From contig OZ024741.1 of the NCBI GenBank assembly GCA_964016885.1, positions 399,900,001 through 399,964,000 of the forward strand: a stretch of DNA of 64,000 nucleotides. The letters run 5' to 3'. This DNA comes from Eledone cirrhosa. Lineage: Eukaryota. The notes under the pieces were generated by a model. The model was not told the DNA's origin. It was given only the letters and a program-made list of their open reading frames with translations, and made no database searches. Shown here piece by piece: positions 15,001 to 64,000 of the stretch. The number at the start of each line of letters is the position of its first letter. Within the stretch, counting starts at the first letter, position 1. The translations under genes were made by a program, and so were the position numbers.

Positions 15001-17345
15001 CCATATGGTCATCTGACTGGTCAAGCCCCAGAACATGACAACCCATCTAACCCATATGGTCATCTGACTGGTCAAGCCCCAGAATATGATAACCTATCTA
15101 ACCCATATGGTAACCTGACTGGTCAAGCCCCAGAACATAACCCATCTAACCCATATGGTCATCTGACTGGTCAAGCCCCAGAACATGACAACCCATTTAA
15201 CCATATGGTCATCTGACTGGTTAAGCCCCAGAACATGACAACCCATCTAACCCATATGGTCACCTGACTGGTTAAGCCCCAGAACATGACAACCCATCTA
15301 ATCCATATGGTCTCCTGACTGGTCAAGCCCCAGAACATGATAACCCATCTAACCCATATGGTCACCTGACTGGTCAAGCCCCAAAACATGATAACCCATC
15401 TAACCCATATGGTCACCTGACGGGTCAAGCCCCAGAACATGACAACCCATCTAACCCATATGGTCACCTGACTGGTTAAGCCCCAGAACATGATAACCCA
15501 TCTAACCCATATGGTCACCTGACTGGTCAAGCCCCAAAACATGATAACCCATCTAACCCATGTGGTCACCTGACTGGTCAAGCCCCAGAACATGACAACC
15601 TATCTAACCCATGTGGTCACATGACTGGTCAAGCCCCAGAACATGACAACCCATCTAACCCATGTCGTCACCTGACTGGTCAATCCCCAGAACATGACAA
15701 CCCATCTAACCCATATGGTCACCTGACTGGTCAAGCCCCATCATATGACAACCCATCTAACCCATATGGTCACCTGACTGGTCAAGGCCCAGCATATGAC
15801 AACCCATCTAACCCATATGGTCACCTGACTGGTCAAGGCCCAGCATATGACAACCCATCTAACCCATATGGTCACCTGACTGGTCAATCCCCAGAATATG
15901 ACAACCCATCTAACCCATATGGTCACCTGACTGGTCAAGGCCCAGCATATGACAACCCATCTAACCCATATGGTCACCTGACTGGTCAATCCCCAGAACA
16001 TGACAACCCATCTAACCCATATGGTCACCTGACTGGTCAATCCCCAGAACATGACAACCCATCTAACCCATATGGTCACCTGACTGGTCAATCCCCAGAA
16101 CATGACAACCCATCTAACCCATATGGTCACCTGACTGGTCAATCCCCAGAACATGACAACCCATCTAACCCATATGGTCACCTGACTGGTCAATCCCCAG
16201 AACATGACAACCCATCTAACCCATATGGTCACCTGACTGGTCAATCCCCAGAACATGACAACCCATCTAACCCATATGGTCACCTGACTGGTCAATCCCC
16301 AGAACATGACAACCCATCTAACCCATATGGTCACCTGACTGGTCAAGCCCCATCATATGACAACCCATCTAACCCATATGGTCACCTGACTGGTCAAGGC
16401 CCAGCATATGACAACCCATCTAACCCATATGGTCACCTGACTGGTCAAGGCCCAGCATATGACAACCCATCTAACCCATATGGTCACCTGACTGGTCAAT
16501 CCCCAGAATATGACAACCCATCTAACCCATATGGTCACCTGACTGGTCAAGGCCCAGCATATGACAACCCATCTAACCCATATGGTCACCTGACTGGTCA
16601 ATCCCCAGAACATGACAACCCATCTAACCCATATGGTCACCTGACTGGTCAATCCCCAGAACATGACAACCCATCTAACCCATATGGTCACCTGACTGGT
16701 CAATCCCCAGAACATGACAACCCATCTAACCCATATGGTCACCTGACTGGTCAATCCCCAGAACATGACAACCCATCTAACCCATATGGTCACCTGACTG
16801 GTCAATCCCCAGAACATGACAACCCATCTAACCCATATGGTCACCTGACTGGTCAATCCCCAGAACATGACAACCCATCTAACCCATATGGTCACCTGAC
16901 TGGTCAATCCCCAGAACATGACAACCCATCTAACCCATATGGTCACCTGACTGGTCAATCCCCAGAACATGACAACCCATCTAACCCATATGGTCACCTG
17001 ACTGGTCAAGCCCCAGAATATGACAACCCATCTAACCCATATGGTCACCTGACTGGTCAATCCCCAGAACATGACAACCCATCTAACCCATATGGTCACC
17101 TGACTGGTCAAGCCCCAGAATATGACAACCCATCTAACCCATATGGTCACCTGACTGGTCAAGCCCCAGAACATGACAACCCATCTAACCCATATGGTCA
17201 CCTGACTGGTCAAGCCCCAGAATATGACAACCCATCTAACCCATATGGTCACCTGACTGGTCAAGCCCCAGAACATGACAACCCATCTAACCCATATGGT
17301 CACCTGACTGGTCAAGCCCCAGAACATGACAACCCATCTAACCCA
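1..17345. repeat. 51-bp tandem satellite (about 340 units) inside an intron; continues beyond the left window edge
   Basis: Consensus GGTCACCTGACTGGTCAAGCCCCAGAACATGACAACCCATCTAACCCATAT. Units carry +1, -1, -3 and -9 indels and stop-creating variants. The last unit runs into AACCCATGCTAGCATCGAAAATAGATGTTAAAC..GATGATAATGATGAT (retroposon tail) at 17340-17395. Confidence 0.98.
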
Positions 17346-17677
17346 TGCTAGCATCGAAAATAGATGTTAAACATTGTTTTGATGATAATGATGATCTTTA
17401 ATAGACACTGGGAACAATCAACAAGATCCTAGACCTCATTCGGTTACCAAGTGGGGTGGAACTCATCCAATGAGACCATTGCTAATACTATCTACCGGTC
17501 GAAACTCCTGGCAGAAACAGCAACATGGACTAAAGTGTCTTGTTCAGACATGACACATCTGCTGGCCTGGGGATAGAACTCACAACCTCTAACAGCTGAG
17601 ATACGTGGCTTCACTTTAACAGATGTATTCGCATATCATATAGAATATTGATTTTAAAGAAAATATTTAGTTCCTAC

Positions 17678-62704
<45,027 letters not shown>

Positions 62705-62723
62705 CTGTAATAAACAAACAGAC

Positions 62724-63480
62724 AGTTTAACCTTGTTGATACCAGTTTAAACTTGTTGATACCAGTTTAACCCTGTTGATACCAGTTTAACTCTGTTGAT
62801 TCCAGTTTAACGATGTTGATACCAGTTTAACCCTGTTGATACCAGTTTAACCCTGTTGGTTCCAGTTTAACCCTGTTGATACCAGTTTAACCCTGTTGAT
62901 ACCAGTTTAACCCTGTTGATACCAGATTAACCCTGTTGATACCAGTTTAAGCTTGTTGATTCCAGTTTAACCATGTTGATACCAGTTTAACTCTGTTGAT
63001 ACCAGTTTAACACTTTTAATACCAGTTTAATCCTGTGGATTCCAGTTTAACCCTGTTGATACCAGTTTAACCATGTTGATTCCAGTTTAACCTTGTTGGT
63101 ACCAGTTTAACCCTGTTGATACCAGTTTAACCCTGTTGATACCAGTTTAACCTTGTTGATACCAGTTTAAGCTTGTTGATTCCAGTTTAACCTTGTTGAT
63201 ACCAGTATAACCCTGTTGATACCAGTTTAACCTTGTTGATTCCAGTTTAACCCTGTTGATACCAGTTTAACCTTGTTGATACCAGTTTAAGCTTGTTGAT
63301 TCCAGTTTAACCTTGTTGATACCAGTTTAACCCTGTTGATACCAGTTTAACCCTTTTAATACCAGTTTAACCCTGCTGATACCAGTTTAACCCTGTTGAT
63401 ACTAAACAGTTAACCATGTTGATTCCAGCTTAACCCTGTTGATACTAAACAGTTAACCCTGTTGATACCAGGTTAACCAT
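62724..63480. repeat. 20-bp minisatellite, about 37 copies, immediately upstream of an exon acceptor
   Basis: CCAGTTTAACCCTGTTGATA. Confidence 0.95.
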
Positions 63481-63789
63481 GTATGATGGTCATAGTAGTG
63501 ACGTGATAAAAAAGTACCCTGTCCACCCAGTAAGGTGGTTGAGCTGCTGGCTAGAGTTTTAGGATGAGTGTGGTTGAAGAATCACAGTTTAGACAATTAT
63601 GTTTAATAAGAACCATCAAGGTGAGCAATGTTACGTTTCCCACATGCAGGTTAATTAAATATACTATTAGTTATAAAACTGTTCCTCTTGCTGATCAGGT
63701 AAAGACAAAAACAGTGAGAACAAAGAATTTTGTTGAATAACACTCACTTGCTGCATTCAGTATTCAGTAATCAGAAGAACGGGGTAGGT

Positions 63790-64000
63790 GTACAAGCCAA
63801 ACTCATCTTCAATTTTGTATTTGTGCCAACCCTTACCTATGGTCATGAATCTTGAGTAATGACCAAAATAATACGATCACAAATACAAGTGACCAAAATA
63901 GGGTTCTTCTGAAGTATCTTTGGAGTAGTGTTTCTCAATAGAGTACGTAGTTCGGAGATCAGAGAGTTATTCCAGGTAGAACTGCTACTTGTCTGAACTG
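63790..64000 (+). mobile_element. Degenerate RTE-clade LINE C-terminal fragment
   Basis: FVPTLTYGHES*VMTK..RSQIQ...RVRSSEIRE. Confidence 0.75.

Noticed and set aside
1-17345. Satellite as a CRISPR array or as the mucin PTS exon
   Set aside because: There are no unique spacers or cas genes and the DNA is eukaryotic. No gene-strand frame is Pro/Thr/Ser-rich, frameshifts and stops are frequent, and the unit is homologous to a retroposon tail.

Overview
AT-rich eukaryotic (metazoan) genomic DNA. The repeat complement (Nin-domain-like and other tRNA-headed SINEs, RTE-clade LINEs with (GAT)n tails, long (TA)n tracts) suggests an octopod cephalopod; this is an inference. The window lies inside one large minus-strand gene. 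I reconstructed 18 GT-AG exons (62704 down to 17678; 3295 nt, about 1098 aa; all intron phases chain correctly). They encode a VWD-C8-TIL-E / VWD-C8-TIL-E / TIL'-E' / VWD-C8-TIL array, i.e. the D1-D2-D'-D3 assembly of the gel-forming mucin / VWF / SCO-spondin / hemolectin superfamily. Start and stop codons lie outside the window. Bases 1-17345 are an intronic 51-bp satellite (about 340 units) amplified from a retroposon 3' tail segment. The introns hold RTE LINEs, CRE-like fragments, SINEs, mariner/Tigger/hAT/piggyBac-like MITEs and several minisatellites that arose inside TEs. The most unexpected signal is a set of unrelated short fold-back elements in (TA)n tracts. Several carry minimal type-I hammerhead ribozyme cores with palindromic stem III, most on the pre-mRNA strand, which is the signature of Penelope-like/retrozyme-type retroelements. 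All calls were made by eye; no alignment, folding or database search was run.
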